A stretch of 64,000 nucleotides of DNA from Candidatus Thorarchaeota archaeon (GCA_016839275.1 JAEOUM010000025.1:895-64894), one strand, 5' to 3'. Positions 47,702 through 57,266 are shown, numbered from the stretch's first letter. Translations and numbers: made by a program. The notes: a model not told the origin generated them from the letters alone.

Positions 47702-49630
47702 ATGGGTCATATTAGTAGACTCACAGGGTATGCCATGAGGAGGAAGAGACTCTTCTTTGGCTTTCTCACTGCATCGGCAATTGGTACTGCATTCAATCTC
47801 TTCACACCACTTGTAATGATTGAAATAGTCGATCTGGTCATTCTAGGTAATCAACTTGATTTGCTCATCCCATATACAGTACTCTTCGTGGGATTGGGTG
47901 TTTTTTACGCGATATTTGATATGCTCGGACGTTATGGATCTGCGGTCTCATCGCAGTTTGTAATCTATTCTCTACGTGAGGAACTCTATGAGAGTTTGAT
48001 GGAAAAAGACCTCGCATTTTATGACCAGAATGAAACAGGGCAATTACTTGCACGTGTGACAACAGATGTCAGTACAATGAGGGAATTCCTCTATTGGGGA
48101 TATCGTGTCTTATTCATTGGAGCGGCGCAATTGATTGGAACCTATATTGTGATGTGGAGTGTGAGTGTTTCACTGACAATGTACATGTTTTTGCTAATAC
48201 CAGTTATTTTCGTATTCATCTATGTCTTTGCGAAAAAGGTTAGACCAGTCTTTCTTAGCGCCCGAAATCAGTATGGTGTACTCAGCTCAGTATTAGCAGA
48301 GAACGTTGTTGGACACAAGGTTGTACGAGCATATGCGTCTGAAGATAGAGAGGCAGACAGAGTTGAGAGAGAAAACAGGGGATTTCTTGATCGAAGAGTA
48401 CAAGCAAGTAAACTAGAAGCATTCTTTCAACCCATGTTACCATCCTTATTTGGAATAGCAATTGGGTTTCTGATATATATCGGAGGATATGCGATTATTG
48501 AATCATTAGATCTGACTCTTGGTGAGTTTGTTGGATTCATCTCCCTTGTAGGAATGCTTGTGCTACCAGCGCGTTTCTTAAGTTGGGGGGTTGGTATGTA
48601 TCAGAGAGCATCAGCCTCCGGGGACCGTACATTCTACATACTCGATTCTATTGATGAAGTGATGGATCCAGAGAACCCAGTGGATGCCTCAGGATTTGTA
48701 GGAGCTGTCGACTTTCATAATGTATCATTCAGCTATAGAGGCGGCAGTTACATCTTGCGTGATGTTTCCCTCCATATTCGACCGGGACAGATTGTGGCGC
48801 TTTTAGGAGGGACTGGTTCAGGAAAGACGAGTCTTGTGAATTTGATTCCACGGTTCTATGATATTGATGATAATAGTACAGTCGTATACGAAGGTAGAAC
48901 CTATCGAGTGAGTGAAAAGGGAATTGTACTCATCGATGGTGAAGAATACAAAGTCGTAGACGGTTATGTCGATATTAAGGGAAATATTCTGGAAGTACGA
49001 GCTCCAGGAAAGATATGCATAGATGGAATAGATATCAGGCAATACAGACTCAACGACCTCAGAAAACGTATTGGTATGGTCCACCAAGATCCATTCTTGT
49101 TCTCAACCACGATTCGTGAAAATATTGCATTTGGTCGTACAGAGGCATCCCTCGAGGAGGTAATGGATGCCGCAAAAGCCGCTATGATTCATGATTTTAT
49201 TATGACCCTCGAGATGGGATATGATACGGAGATTGGAGAAAGGGGTGTTACTCTAAGTGGAGGACAGAAGCAGAGGTTAGCTATTGCACGAGCTCTATTG
49301 GCAAATCCCCGAATTCTAATACTTGACGACTCCACAAGTTCAGTTGATGCCAAGACCGAGATGCTCATACAGAAGGCTCTTGAAAACTTGATGACTGGCA
49401 GAACGACATTCATCATTACACATAGATTGAGCACGGTGCGCAACGCAGATCTAATAGTAATCATGGAGCGGGGGCAAATTGCTGAGAAAGGTAGTCATGA
49501 GGAACTTATAGCAAGTGAGGGAATATACAACAACATCCACCAGACTCTCACAGAAATGGAACTAGCGGCTAGTGTGTCAATAGATCCGTTTGTTGTTACC
49601 AAGGCATCTGGAGGCGATAATGATGAGTAG
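47702..49630 (+). CDS. ABC exporter fused permease/ATPase subunit (with an atypical NBD insertion)
   Basis: Six-TM domain, Walker A GGTGSGKTS, signature LSGGQKQR, Walker B ILILDDSTS, H-loop ITHR. ~46 extra residues lie between Walker A and the Q-loop. Confidence 0.85.
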   Translation: MGHISRLTGYAMRRKRLFFGFLTASAIGTAFNLFTPLVMIEIVDLVILGNQLDLLIPYTVLFVGLGVFYAIFDMLGRYGSAVSSQFVIYSLREELYESLMEKDLAFYDQNETGQLLARVTTDVSTMREFLYWGYRVLFIGAAQLIGTYIVMWSVSVSLTMYMFLLIPVIFVFIYVFAKKVRPVFLSARNQYGVLSSVLAENVVGHKVVRAYASEDREADRVERENRGFLDRRVQASKLEAFFQPMLPSLFGIAIGFLIYIGGYAIIESLDLTLGEFVGFISLVGMLVLPARFLSWGVGMYQRASASGDRTFYILDSIDEVMDPENPVDASGFVGAVDFHNVSFSYRGGSYILRDVSLHIRPGQIVALLGGTGSGKTSLVNLIPRFYDIDDNSTVVYEGRTYRVSEKGIVLIDGEEYKVVDGYVDIKGNILEVRAPGKICIDGIDIRQYRLNDLRKRIGMVHQDPFLFSTTIRENIAFGRTEASLEEVMDAAKAAMIHDFIMTLEMGYDTEIGERGVTLSGGQKQRLAIARALLANPRILILDDSTSSVDAKTEMLIQKALENLMTGRTTFIITHRLSTVRNADLIVIMERGQIAEKGSHEELIASEGIYNNIHQTLTEMELAASVSIDPFVVTKASGGDNDE

Positions 49631-51458
49631 AACCCTCGATGGTGCAGATGATCCAGATGCAAGAACGTATGAATATTCAGATTCTACTCTCTTAATCCGT
49701 ATGGTCAAGTACCTTCTTGCCTATAGAAGGTTGTTTGCGGCAGTCATCGTAGTTACAGCTGTGACAATCATTCTGAGTGTCTGGTCACCGTTTGTACTCA
49801 AGCAAGCCATAGATGTTGATTTTGTCAATCTTGACTTGCAATCACTTATCCTTACAGCTACTTTGTATGTGCTATTACAAGTCTTCACTTGGATATCGCT
49901 CTATGGCAGCGGGTACCTAATGGCATTCATGGGACAGAAAGCTGTCTATGATATCAGACAGGAATTATACAATCATCTGCAGGAAATGTCAGAGGAGTTC
50001 CATGATCACTCGTCAAGTGGCAGAATTATATCAAGACTCACCAATGATGTAGATAGAATGAGCGAGCTCTTGGGTGGGGAACTCATCAATACCTTTGCGC
50101 AAATCTTTGTTGTCTTCGCTATCGGATGGGCAATGTTTGTGGCCGACTTCCGGCTTGCAGTAGTCTCACTGATGATAATACCAATTCTCCTCATCACAAC
50201 GATTTATTTCCGAAAGAAGATGAGAGAAGCCTATCGACGAACAAGAAAAACGATATCGAATGTTACATCTAATCTTGCTGAGAGCATATCAGGTGCAAAG
50301 GTCACTAAGAGCTTCGCAAGAGAGAGAACGAGTGCTGAAATCTTCGCGAGATATAATGAGTCAGACTATCAATCCAATGTCGAAGCAGGTAGAGCTCAAG
50401 CAGCATTTTTCCCTGTTATACGATTCATCAGTGGACTTGGCACAGCCATAATATTGCTCTTTGGAGGCTGGTTTATCCTTGATTCGAGCTTTCTCTACAT
50501 TAACCCAATTCTGACTCCTATTGTCACCATCGGGACTGTTGTAATGTTCGTTCAATTTAGTGACCGTTTCTTCAGACCAGTCCTTACAATTGCTAACTTC
50601 TATACTGCTGTTCAGAGTGCTTTTGCTGGAGGAGAAAGAGTCTTCTCGATTTTGGATACAGAGTCATCAGTCCAGGATTCTTCTGACGCACTCACAATGC
50701 CGGAGGTAAAGGGACATGTCCTATTTGATAATGTGACATTTGGATATGGCGAAGGACCTGTTGTATTGGAAAACTTCAACCTAGAGATAGAACCTGGAGA
50801 AACTATTGCAATCGTAGGTGATACTGGAGCAGGAAAAACAACAATTGTGAATCTATTGAACAGATTCTATGATGTGCGTAGTGGTTCTATAAAGATTGAT
50901 GGAATCGATATCAAATCTGTCACACAGCGTTCGCTCCATTCGCGGATTGGTCTTGTTCTTCAAGATGCGTTTCTATTCATAGGTACGGTCAAAGAGAATA
51001 TACGATATGGAAATCCAAATGCTACAGATGATGAAATTGTAGCAGCCCTTGATGCTATAGGAGCAAGAAGGATTATTGTGAATCTTGAAAAGGGGCTCGA
51101 TACCGAAGTAGGCGAACGTGGCGCAGGACTCTCCGAAGGTGAGAGACAACTAGTGAGCTTTGCCAGAGCTCTTCTTGCTGATCCCAAAATCCTCATACTT
51201 GATGAGGCAACAAGTTCCATTGACATCTATACTGAGTATGCAATCCAGAAGGGTTTGAAAGTCCTCTTGAAGGGACGAACATCCATAGTCATAGCCCATA
51301 GGTTATCGACCATTGTAAATGCGGATAGAATCGTAGTATTGGAGCATGGAAAAATCGTTGAGTCTGGAAAACATGCAGAACTGATGCAACTCAAAGGAAA
51401 GTATCATTCACTCTATGACTTGCAAATTCGCCCGCGGGCTATACAACGGAGCCTCTAA
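49620..51458 (+). CDS. ABC exporter fused permease/ATPase subunit (partner)
   Basis: Walker A GDTGAGKTT, signature LSEGERQL, Walker B ILILDEATS, H-loop IAHR. The start ATG overlaps the upstream stop by 11 nt. Confidence 0.85.
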   Translation: MMSRTLDGADDPDARTYEYSDSTLLIRMVKYLLAYRRLFAAVIVVTAVTIILSVWSPFVLKQAIDVDFVNLDLQSLILTATLYVLLQVFTWISLYGSGYLMAFMGQKAVYDIRQELYNHLQEMSEEFHDHSSSGRIISRLTNDVDRMSELLGGELINTFAQIFVVFAIGWAMFVADFRLAVVSLMIIPILLITTIYFRKKMREAYRRTRKTISNVTSNLAESISGAKVTKSFARERTSAEIFARYNESDYQSNVEAGRAQAAFFPVIRFISGLGTAIILLFGGWFILDSSFLYINPILTPIVTIGTVVMFVQFSDRFFRPVLTIANFYTAVQSAFAGGERVFSILDTESSVQDSSDALTMPEVKGHVLFDNVTFGYGEGPVVLENFNLEIEPGETIAIVGDTGAGKTTIVNLLNRFYDVRSGSIKIDGIDIKSVTQRSLHSRIGLVLQDAFLFIGTVKENIRYGNPNATDDEIVAALDAIGARRIIVNLEKGLDTEVGERGAGLSEGERQLVSFARALLADPKILILDEATSSIDIYTEYAIQKGLKVLLKGRTSIVIAHRLSTIVNADRIVVLEHGKIVESGKHAELMQLKGKYHSLYDLQIRPRAIQRSL

Positions 51459-51527
51459 TCGTAGGCTATGTTGATATTTTTAGTCGAAGAAAACAAGCAT
51501 CGCCAATTGATATCCAAAAGTGAGAAA

Positions 51528-51549
51528 GACAGGGTAGTCACACCCTGTC
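51528..51549. terminator. hairpin between convergent genes
   Basis: GACAGGGTagtcacACCCTGTC (8-bp stem). Confidence 0.45.
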
Positions 51550-51579
51550 ACTCAGTACTCATTGCAATGTATCAAACTT

Positions 51580-52347
51580 CTAGTCATCCCAATCAAAGTC
51601 ATCCACGTTATCATATGGAAATTCTTTCATAGTCTGCTTCATGGATTTAAGTGACTTCAAGCCTTTTAGACCCTTCATCGCCTCAGTCACTGATTCTGTG
51701 ACAATCTGACCAATGTCCATGAAACTGTCCAAGCCATGAACTCCACCCTTGCCAACGATGATTTGTTTGCCATTCTTTCCTGTAACGACAACTCCAGACT
51801 TACTGACCGAAACTAAGTTATCATCGCCCAAGACGAAGACCTGCTTTCCATATGTGAAGACTAGTCCTCTCTTCTCACTCAAGACAAGTATGAGTTTAAT
51901 CTCCTCAGAATCTCTGCCAAGGAAGATTTGTGATGGTTCTCTCTGGTCAATCTTAGTCTGCGAATGATCACCATTCAGTTGGTCCTTCATTGCTGACTCA
52001 ATTTCTGCCATAAATGATTGAGTGTTCTGAAATCCTTGTTTCTGAAGATCTGACGCATCTGGACTCTTTGATATGTTCTCCAGAGAGACGACTCCTATGT
52101 AGAACTGGACACCTTGCAGAGAGCCAGATATCGATTCACCCATTGCACCAACCTTGGTTTCAGCAATGGCATCGACAGCAAACTGAGAGGGCCCTACAAA
52201 TGCAGCACCAACTCGTACGTCATCCTCGAGAAGGTAGACCCATACACAGCCAGCCTCCATCTTTACAAAGGCCTTCTCGTGGGAGATTAGCTCATGGTTT
52301 TCAGTAGTGACCATGATGGTAGTATCAGGTGTCAATTTTCTCATCAC
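51580..52347 (-). CDS. hypothetical protein ending in an acidic DDFDWDD tail
   Basis: 255-aa soluble ORF with no motif I can name. It lies 12 nt downstream of the ArsR-like gene, whose product ends DDLDWED. Confidence 0.55.
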   Translation of the reverse strand: MMRKLTPDTTIMVTTENHELISHEKAFVKMEAGCVWVYLLEDDVRVGAAFVGPSQFAVDAIAETKVGAMGESISGSLQGVQFYIGVVSLENISKSPDASDLQKQGFQNTQSFMAEIESAMKDQLNGDHSQTKIDQREPSQIFLGRDSEEIKLILVLSEKRGLVFTYGKQVFVLGDDNLVSVSKSGVVVTGKNGKQIIVGKGGVHGLDSFMDIGQIVTESVTEAMKGLKGLKSLKSMKQTMKEFPYDNVDDFDWDD

Positions 52348-52359
52348 ATTCTTCCTCCT

Positions 52360-53289
52360 TTAGTCCTCCCAGTCCAAATCGTCAATATCATCCTCATCCT
52401 CATCCTCGTCTTCAGCCTCTTCAAGTGCATCCTGTGCCTCTTCAATCTTATCAGCTACCTCTTCAATCTGGTCCTGAGCTCTTTCAATCTGCTCTGCAAC
52501 TCTTTCAAGATGCTCAGCTGCAGCTTCAAGATCTTCCTCATCCTCAATCACAACAGTGTCACCCTCATCATCAGAAGACTCATCGAACTCAATATCAACT
52601 CTGGTTTCGCCATTGTTTCCAGTCTGTTCTCTCTGTCGCTCAACCCTGTGAGTAAGCCATTGGGCTAGACGATATGCCAGACGACCTTCAACCGTGACAT
52701 AGTATGTTCCTCGTACCTCTCCCTTTACTACATATCCAGCTTCGACAAGGGGATTCAGATGGTGTGTGAGAGAGCTGCCTGTCTTCTCCGTGAAGCTCTC
52801 AATCTCATTGAAGGTCTTCCCCCCACTCTTGAGATAATCCAGAATACCTAGACGCTCTTCACTTCCTAGAGGCGCAACTATCTTTGCTATTCGTTCGGGA
52901 GTAATTGCCTCAATATCCTTCCTTCTTGCAGCCTTCCCTCTTCTACCGCTTGTGCGAATACGAACACCAGGTATCTTGAAGCCTTTAGCAATACCATCGA
53001 AGTCCTTGATGGACGTTTCAATTGAACGACCAAGATCATCCATCATGTCCTCAAGACTATCTGTGATTCCAGCAATGTCAATTTTCATAGGTCTTACTGG
53101 TCGCACGGGGCGGGGTTCTCTTGGAGGCCGTGGAGGTCGTGGAATCTTACTATCTTTCAATGCACTAGCTCTCCTTCGAAGAATTTCTTCTTTCTCTCGC
53201 TTTGCATCCTCGACCTCTCGTCGGAGCTCTTCCTTAAGCTTTCGAACTTCTTCAAGTTCCTTCTTGATATCATCGATGTGTTCGGTCAA
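52360..53289 (-). CDS. ArsR-type wHTH protein with N-terminal coiled coil, proline-rich segment and long acidic C-terminal coiled coil
   Basis: The core RLGILDYLKSGGKTFNEIESFTEKTGSSLTHHLNPLVEAGYV is an ArsR/SmtB-type HTH. Flanked by KELEEVRKLKEELRREVEDAKREKEE, PRPPRPPREPRPVRPVRP and EDEDEDEDDIDDLDWED. Confidence 0.65.
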   Translation of the reverse strand: MTEHIDDIKKELEEVRKLKEELRREVEDAKREKEEILRRRASALKDSKIPRPPRPPREPRPVRPVRPMKIDIAGITDSLEDMMDDLGRSIETSIKDFDGIAKGFKIPGVRIRTSGRRGKAARRKDIEAITPERIAKIVAPLGSEERLGILDYLKSGGKTFNEIESFTEKTGSSLTHHLNPLVEAGYVVKGEVRGTYYVTVEGRLAYRLAQWLTHRVERQREQTGNNGETRVDIEFDESSDDEGDTVVIEDEEDLEAAAEHLERVAEQIERAQDQIEEVADKIEEAQDALEEAEDEDEDEDDIDDLDWED

Positions 53290-53322
53290 TGTATTTCAAC
53301 AACTGTACATTATTACAGTTTG

Positions 53323-53330
53323 TATATAAA
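53323..53330 (-). promoter_or_regulatory. TATA-like box for the ArsR-like operon
   Basis: tatataaa (TTTATATA on the coding strand), ~34-41 nt upstream of the ATG at 53289. Confidence 0.4.
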
Positions 53331-53726
53331 TGTATCTAATTACAGTAAGAGGGTTGATGCCGACTCGTTGTCAGTGATAGATCATTACCCACTGGGAGCA
53401 GACATGGAATCTTTAATCGTACTGAGAATCGAAATCATAGTGATGAAGCAGAAAACACCAAACAAACTCTACTCTCTGTGACGCAAATAATTGAATCTCT
53501 AAGACAGCCAAGAACTAGTTGAGATGCCCACGAAATTAGAATTCTACATGGTTTATGACGTCAAATGAGGACTCTGTTGGAACCCATCAAACAAGCCTGC
53601 TGAGGCATTCTATGCGACATATGCTTATTAACAAGATGACTAAGAAAAGCTTCACCTTTGCTTGGGGGTGCGGAAACAACTTGTTGCCAGCCTTTCCACG
53701 CAGGAAACCACATTAGGGGTAAAAAA

Positions 53727-53960
53727 ATGTCAAAGAAAGCAAAACCAGCGGCTAAGCCAGCTAAGAAAGCAGCAGCTAAGGCACCAAAGTATACCTTCTA
53801 TGTTAAGAAGGCAATACAAGACTTTGCCAGAGACAACGACATGATGGTCGGAAGTGATGCATACGATGCATTCAACATGGCCGTCAACCACATGCTGCTC
53901 GATGCTGCAGGACGCTGTAAGGATAACAAGCGAAAGACCCTGAAGGCTTACGACTTCTAG
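53727..53960 (+). CDS. histone-fold (DUF1931-like) protein with Lys/Ala/Pro-rich N-terminal tail
   Basis: The tail MSKKAKPAAKPAKKAAAKAPK is followed by YVKKAIQDFARDNDMMVGSDAYDAFNMAVNHMLLDAAGRCKDNKRKTLKAYDF, which fits the helix-loop-long helix-loop-helix histone-fold pattern ending in RKT.k..D. A GGGGT Shine-Dalgarno-like element lies 7 nt upstream of the ATG. Confidence 0.6.
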   Translation: MSKKAKPAAKPAKKAAAKAPKYTFYVKKAIQDFARDNDMMVGSDAYDAFNMAVNHMLLDAAGRCKDNKRKTLKAYDF

Positions 53961-53984
53961 GTCACTAGTATCAGGAAACCGGTA

Positions 53985-54026
53985 GGGCAGTCACTGACTG
54001 CCCACCTTCGTTTCTCCACTTCTTTT
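53985..54026 (+). terminator. hairpin plus T-rich tract after the histone-fold gene
   Basis: GGGCAGTCAcTGACTGCCC followed by accttcgtttctccacttctttt. Confidence 0.55.
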
Positions 54027-54066
54027 ATCGTTCATCCAATGCTTGGAAGATGAGCCTTATTACTGA

Positions 54067-54375
54067 ATGAGTGGACATTCATCCGACAATAGTATGAATC
54101 AAATTTGGGAACATCCAGAGCATCCACGGGGATATTATGCCTGCTTATTGATGATGCTTCTTCCTATATTGACCATTCTCATGCTCCCGGTAGTCACAAT
54201 GGGAATTGACCAACTACCTTACGCCCTCTTAATGAGCACCTTTGTGATTCTACCTCTTCTGAGCTGTGGTCGTCAGTTAAAGGGAAGACCACTCTTTCAG
54301 TCCTCATACCACGGAACGCCCTTTATAGAAGAGGTCATGGATATCTCAGAGGATGCGAGAGTATCTGAAGGGTAA
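54067..54375 (+). CDS. hypothetical membrane protein
   Basis: 102 aa with two TM helices. No motif. Confidence 0.35.
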   Translation: MSGHSSDNSMNQIWEHPEHPRGYYACLLMMLLPILTILMLPVVTMGIDQLPYALLMSTFVILPLLSCGRQLKGRPLFQSSYHGTPFIEEVMDISEDARVSEG

Positions 54376-54449
54376 TCGAAATCGCACTTTCATATATCTC
54401 TCGAATCAATTATATCCAACTTCTGCAGGGATTATGCGGAGGAGATGTT

Positions 54450-54872
54450 TTGTCACAAATCAAGAATTCAAGTCCGACTGAAACAGGGAAAGTATTAGGA
54501 AGTATCTATGGATCCTTGATAATCATCTTTGCTGTCCTGTTCTTCCTATCAACAGTTTTCTCATCGCTTGCTACCGATGCTGCATTGCGTAGCTTCTTTC
54601 TCTTCTTGATTGTAGGTGGTTTCATCATTCTAATAGGTGCAGAGCTTGCAAGAGTCCTCTTCAAATCTGGTGTCACAATCGTGGGCTTCTTTGGATTTCT
54701 TGCACTCAATCTGCTCATGGTAGTGTTTGGTCTTGCAGTCTTCGTTGACATTGTTGTACCAACTGTCATGGACACTACAATCCAGATGGTGATCTATCTG
54801 CTTCTGGCATCAGTGGCATGGTATGCGATACTTATCCTGTGGATGGCAATGGAGTGGAGAAAGAAGAAGTAA
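54450..54872 (+). CDS. hypothetical membrane protein
   Basis: 140 aa with four TM helices and a basic C-terminus (WRKKK). TTG start. Confidence 0.4.
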   Translation: MSQIKNSSPTETGKVLGSIYGSLIIIFAVLFFLSTVFSSLATDAALRSFFLFLIVGGFIILIGAELARVLFKSGVTIVGFFGFLALNLLMVVFGLAVFVDIVVPTVMDTTIQMVIYLLLASVAWYAILILWMAMEWRKKK

Positions 54873-55062
54873 GCACATGCAATAGGTAAAAGGGCTCTTC
54901 TATACGTCCAAGTAGGAGTAATGTGCATTATCACATTTTGGAGCAGCATAATCCAGATACTGTACAGAGAGCATCTCTGTCATAGGCAGTCATTACTTGT
55001 GTGTAAATTGATTCACAATCGATAAAAGAGAAAGCTTTTGCAGCAGGACCTGAGGCGTGAGA

Positions 55063-55785
55063 ATGGAGTTCTCCAATGTCTATGAAGATGCAACTCGGGC
55101 GGATGCATATTCGCGACTTGAGTTTCCTGGGACATACTACTTGGCATTCAGGGACTTACCCACCATTATCTCGAAGCATGTCAAAGGAAGAAGGGCTATG
55201 GACTTTGGATGCGGTTCTGGACGCTCAACCAGATTCTTGCAAAGACTTGGGTTCCAAGCGGTTGGGATTGACATTTCTGATGAGATGGTAAAGCGAGCAC
55301 AAGAGTTCGATCCAGAAGGTATCTATCAAGTCATCAAAGAGGGCGACTTTAGATCATTTGAACCGGGAACATTCAATCTCATCTTGTCTGCATTTCCCTT
55401 TGATAACATACCTACAATGGAAAAGAAAGTCACGAATCTAAGAGGATTAAAAGACCTTCTCAGAGATGATGGTGTTCTGATCAATCTTGTATCATCACCA
55501 GAGATTTACACACATGAATGGACATCATTCTCCACAAAGGACTTTGTTGAGAACAAAGGTGCAACAACCGGTGATATCGTACGAATCATTCAGCTGGATA
55601 TTGATGACAGGAGACCTGTAAGCGATATTCTCTGGACAGCTGAGTCATATCAAGAAACATATCGAAATGCTCAGTTTAAGATTGCTCATATCTACAAGCC
55701 TCTAGCAAGAGAAGATGAGCCATACAAGTGGGTTAATGAAACTAGAATAGCACCTTGGACTATCTATGTGCTTCACAAAGAGTGA
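55063..55785 (+). CDS. class I SAM-dependent methyltransferase
   Basis: Motif I AMDFGCGSGRSTRFL, motif II GIDISDEMV, and the post-II block FNLILSAF. Confidence 0.75.
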   Translation: MEFSNVYEDATRADAYSRLEFPGTYYLAFRDLPTIISKHVKGRRAMDFGCGSGRSTRFLQRLGFQAVGIDISDEMVKRAQEFDPEGIYQVIKEGDFRSFEPGTFNLILSAFPFDNIPTMEKKVTNLRGLKDLLRDDGVLINLVSSPEIYTHEWTSFSTKDFVENKGATTGDIVRIIQLDIDDRRPVSDILWTAESYQETYRNAQFKIAHIYKPLAREDEPYKWVNETRIAPWTIYVLHKE

Positions 55786-55825
55786 CCGAGGATTAACGAA
55801 ACCTGTTTCTATCCCACATCATTCT

Positions 55826-57061
55826 TTATCCAGTTATTTCATCAAAATGGACTCCATTCTTTCCCTGTCTAGTTTTGAAGGCTATTAGGAATAGGAGAGC
55901 ACCTGCAAGGTTCATGATAGCTTTGACGTAGAATGGGATGTTCTCTCCAAGTAGTAGAGAGAACGAGATGAGAGCAGGTCCAAGCATTCCTAATAGTGAT
56001 GTAGTCATTGAGTAGATACCCAGTGCAGATGCACGCTTCTCTTTTGGATATCTCTCAGCAACTACAAGTGGCGGCACAGATACATCAACCATGTCCAGAC
56101 CAGCCCATATTGAATAGAGTATGATCATCTCGTATGGTTGAATACCAAATGGAAAGAGCGTGACAGTAATGGCAAGTAGTGTCCATCCTCCAAATATGGC
56201 AGCTCGCGTACCTATTCTATCTACTAGACCTCCTGATACTAGTGCTGCAAATGCTATTACGAGTGTTGAGATAGAAATCATAATCCCATATAGGTCCAAG
56301 TTTGACCTGCCTACGAAAATCGGTACATACCATGATAGACCACTACTAGAAATTCCATCGAGTGCAAATGCTGTAATGAAGAGAAGAAGGAACCAATCAA
56401 ATCGAACTTTTACAGGTATCAATCGGTCTTCCTGTTTTTCTATGTTGCCAGAATGGGTTTCGCGCAGACCAATCGAAAACAAAAGAAATACAGAGATCAA
56501 ACCAAGGAATCCAAGAGTGAGAGCAAGCCAGAATTGATCGTTGAGATAAAGTGATGTGCCTACAAGAACTAGGGCAGCAGGAGGGATAGAGGGAATGACT
56601 CTCGTTGTAATCATATATGAGAGCCCTCTCCGTCGCTCAGGACTACTCTCAACCAATAACATAGATGACGCCGGTCTCTGAAAGCCACTTCCAGCAGACA
56701 AACACATGTAGCCAGCTGCCGACAACAACCCAGTCAGAAAGGGTGCAGTTAACTCAAAGATCAGAGATGCTAGAATAACTAGTATTCCGATTGAATAAAT
56801 CACATATCCAAGACTGATGATTGGCTTGCGTCCGAACCTATCTGCGGCTCTGCCACCTATAAGCGATGTTAATGCTCGAGAAATCGCAATTGCTGTAAAT
56901 ATCATGCCGATGAGGAAAGGAGCAATTCCAACATCCGCGAAAAAGTATGGCATGAACATAATCCACAATGAGTTTGCAGAAACTGTGATTGTATTTCCCA
57001 CAGACATGACTAAGACATTTCTACGAACGGACCCGTACTCTTCTTCCACGGAAGCCCCCAC
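55826..57061 (-). CDS. MFS transporter
   Basis: 12 predicted TM helices. The GGRAADRFGRKP loop between TM2 and TM3 is the MFS signature (G-x-x-x-D-R-x-G-R-[RK]). Confidence 0.8.
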   Translation of the reverse strand: MGASVEEEYGSVRRNVLVMSVGNTITVSANSLWIMFMPYFFADVGIAPFLIGMIFTAIAISRALTSLIGGRAADRFGRKPIISLGYVIYSIGILVILASLIFELTAPFLTGLLSAAGYMCLSAGSGFQRPASSMLLVESSPERRRGLSYMITTRVIPSIPPAALVLVGTSLYLNDQFWLALTLGFLGLISVFLLFSIGLRETHSGNIEKQEDRLIPVKVRFDWFLLLFITAFALDGISSSGLSWYVPIFVGRSNLDLYGIMISISTLVIAFAALVSGGLVDRIGTRAAIFGGWTLLAITVTLFPFGIQPYEMIILYSIWAGLDMVDVSVPPLVVAERYPKEKRASALGIYSMTTSLLGMLGPALISFSLLLGENIPFYVKAIMNLAGALLFLIAFKTRQGKNGVHFDEITG

Positions 57062-57266
57062 ACTTTTCTTGACAATAAGTACTCACATTAATTAATTGAG
57101 TGGGTTGTCGTTTTATCTTGCATCCTATCTAACGCCTTCTTCCATAATCATATCGGAAAAGACTGTGGAAATATCACCATCAACTACAAAATCAGACAAA
57201 GAATAGATTGGTAGTACTCACTAACTTCTAGCACTCTTTCCACTGCCTATCTTGTTAGAGTATCTT

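Noticed and set aside
52294-53329. Several 100-125-aa plus-strand ORFs (52294, 52329, 52952) opposite the ArsR-like gene
   Set aside because: They arise from the low-complexity GAA/GAT-rich acidic and charged coiled-coil coding sequence on the minus strand. Their products are Leu/Ser/Pro homopolymer-like.
53440-53490. Possible C/D-box sRNA in the 437-nt spacer (GTGATGA C-box-like heptamer)
   Set aside because: There is no properly spaced CTGA D box, C'/D' pair or terminal stem. A single heptamer match is expected by chance.
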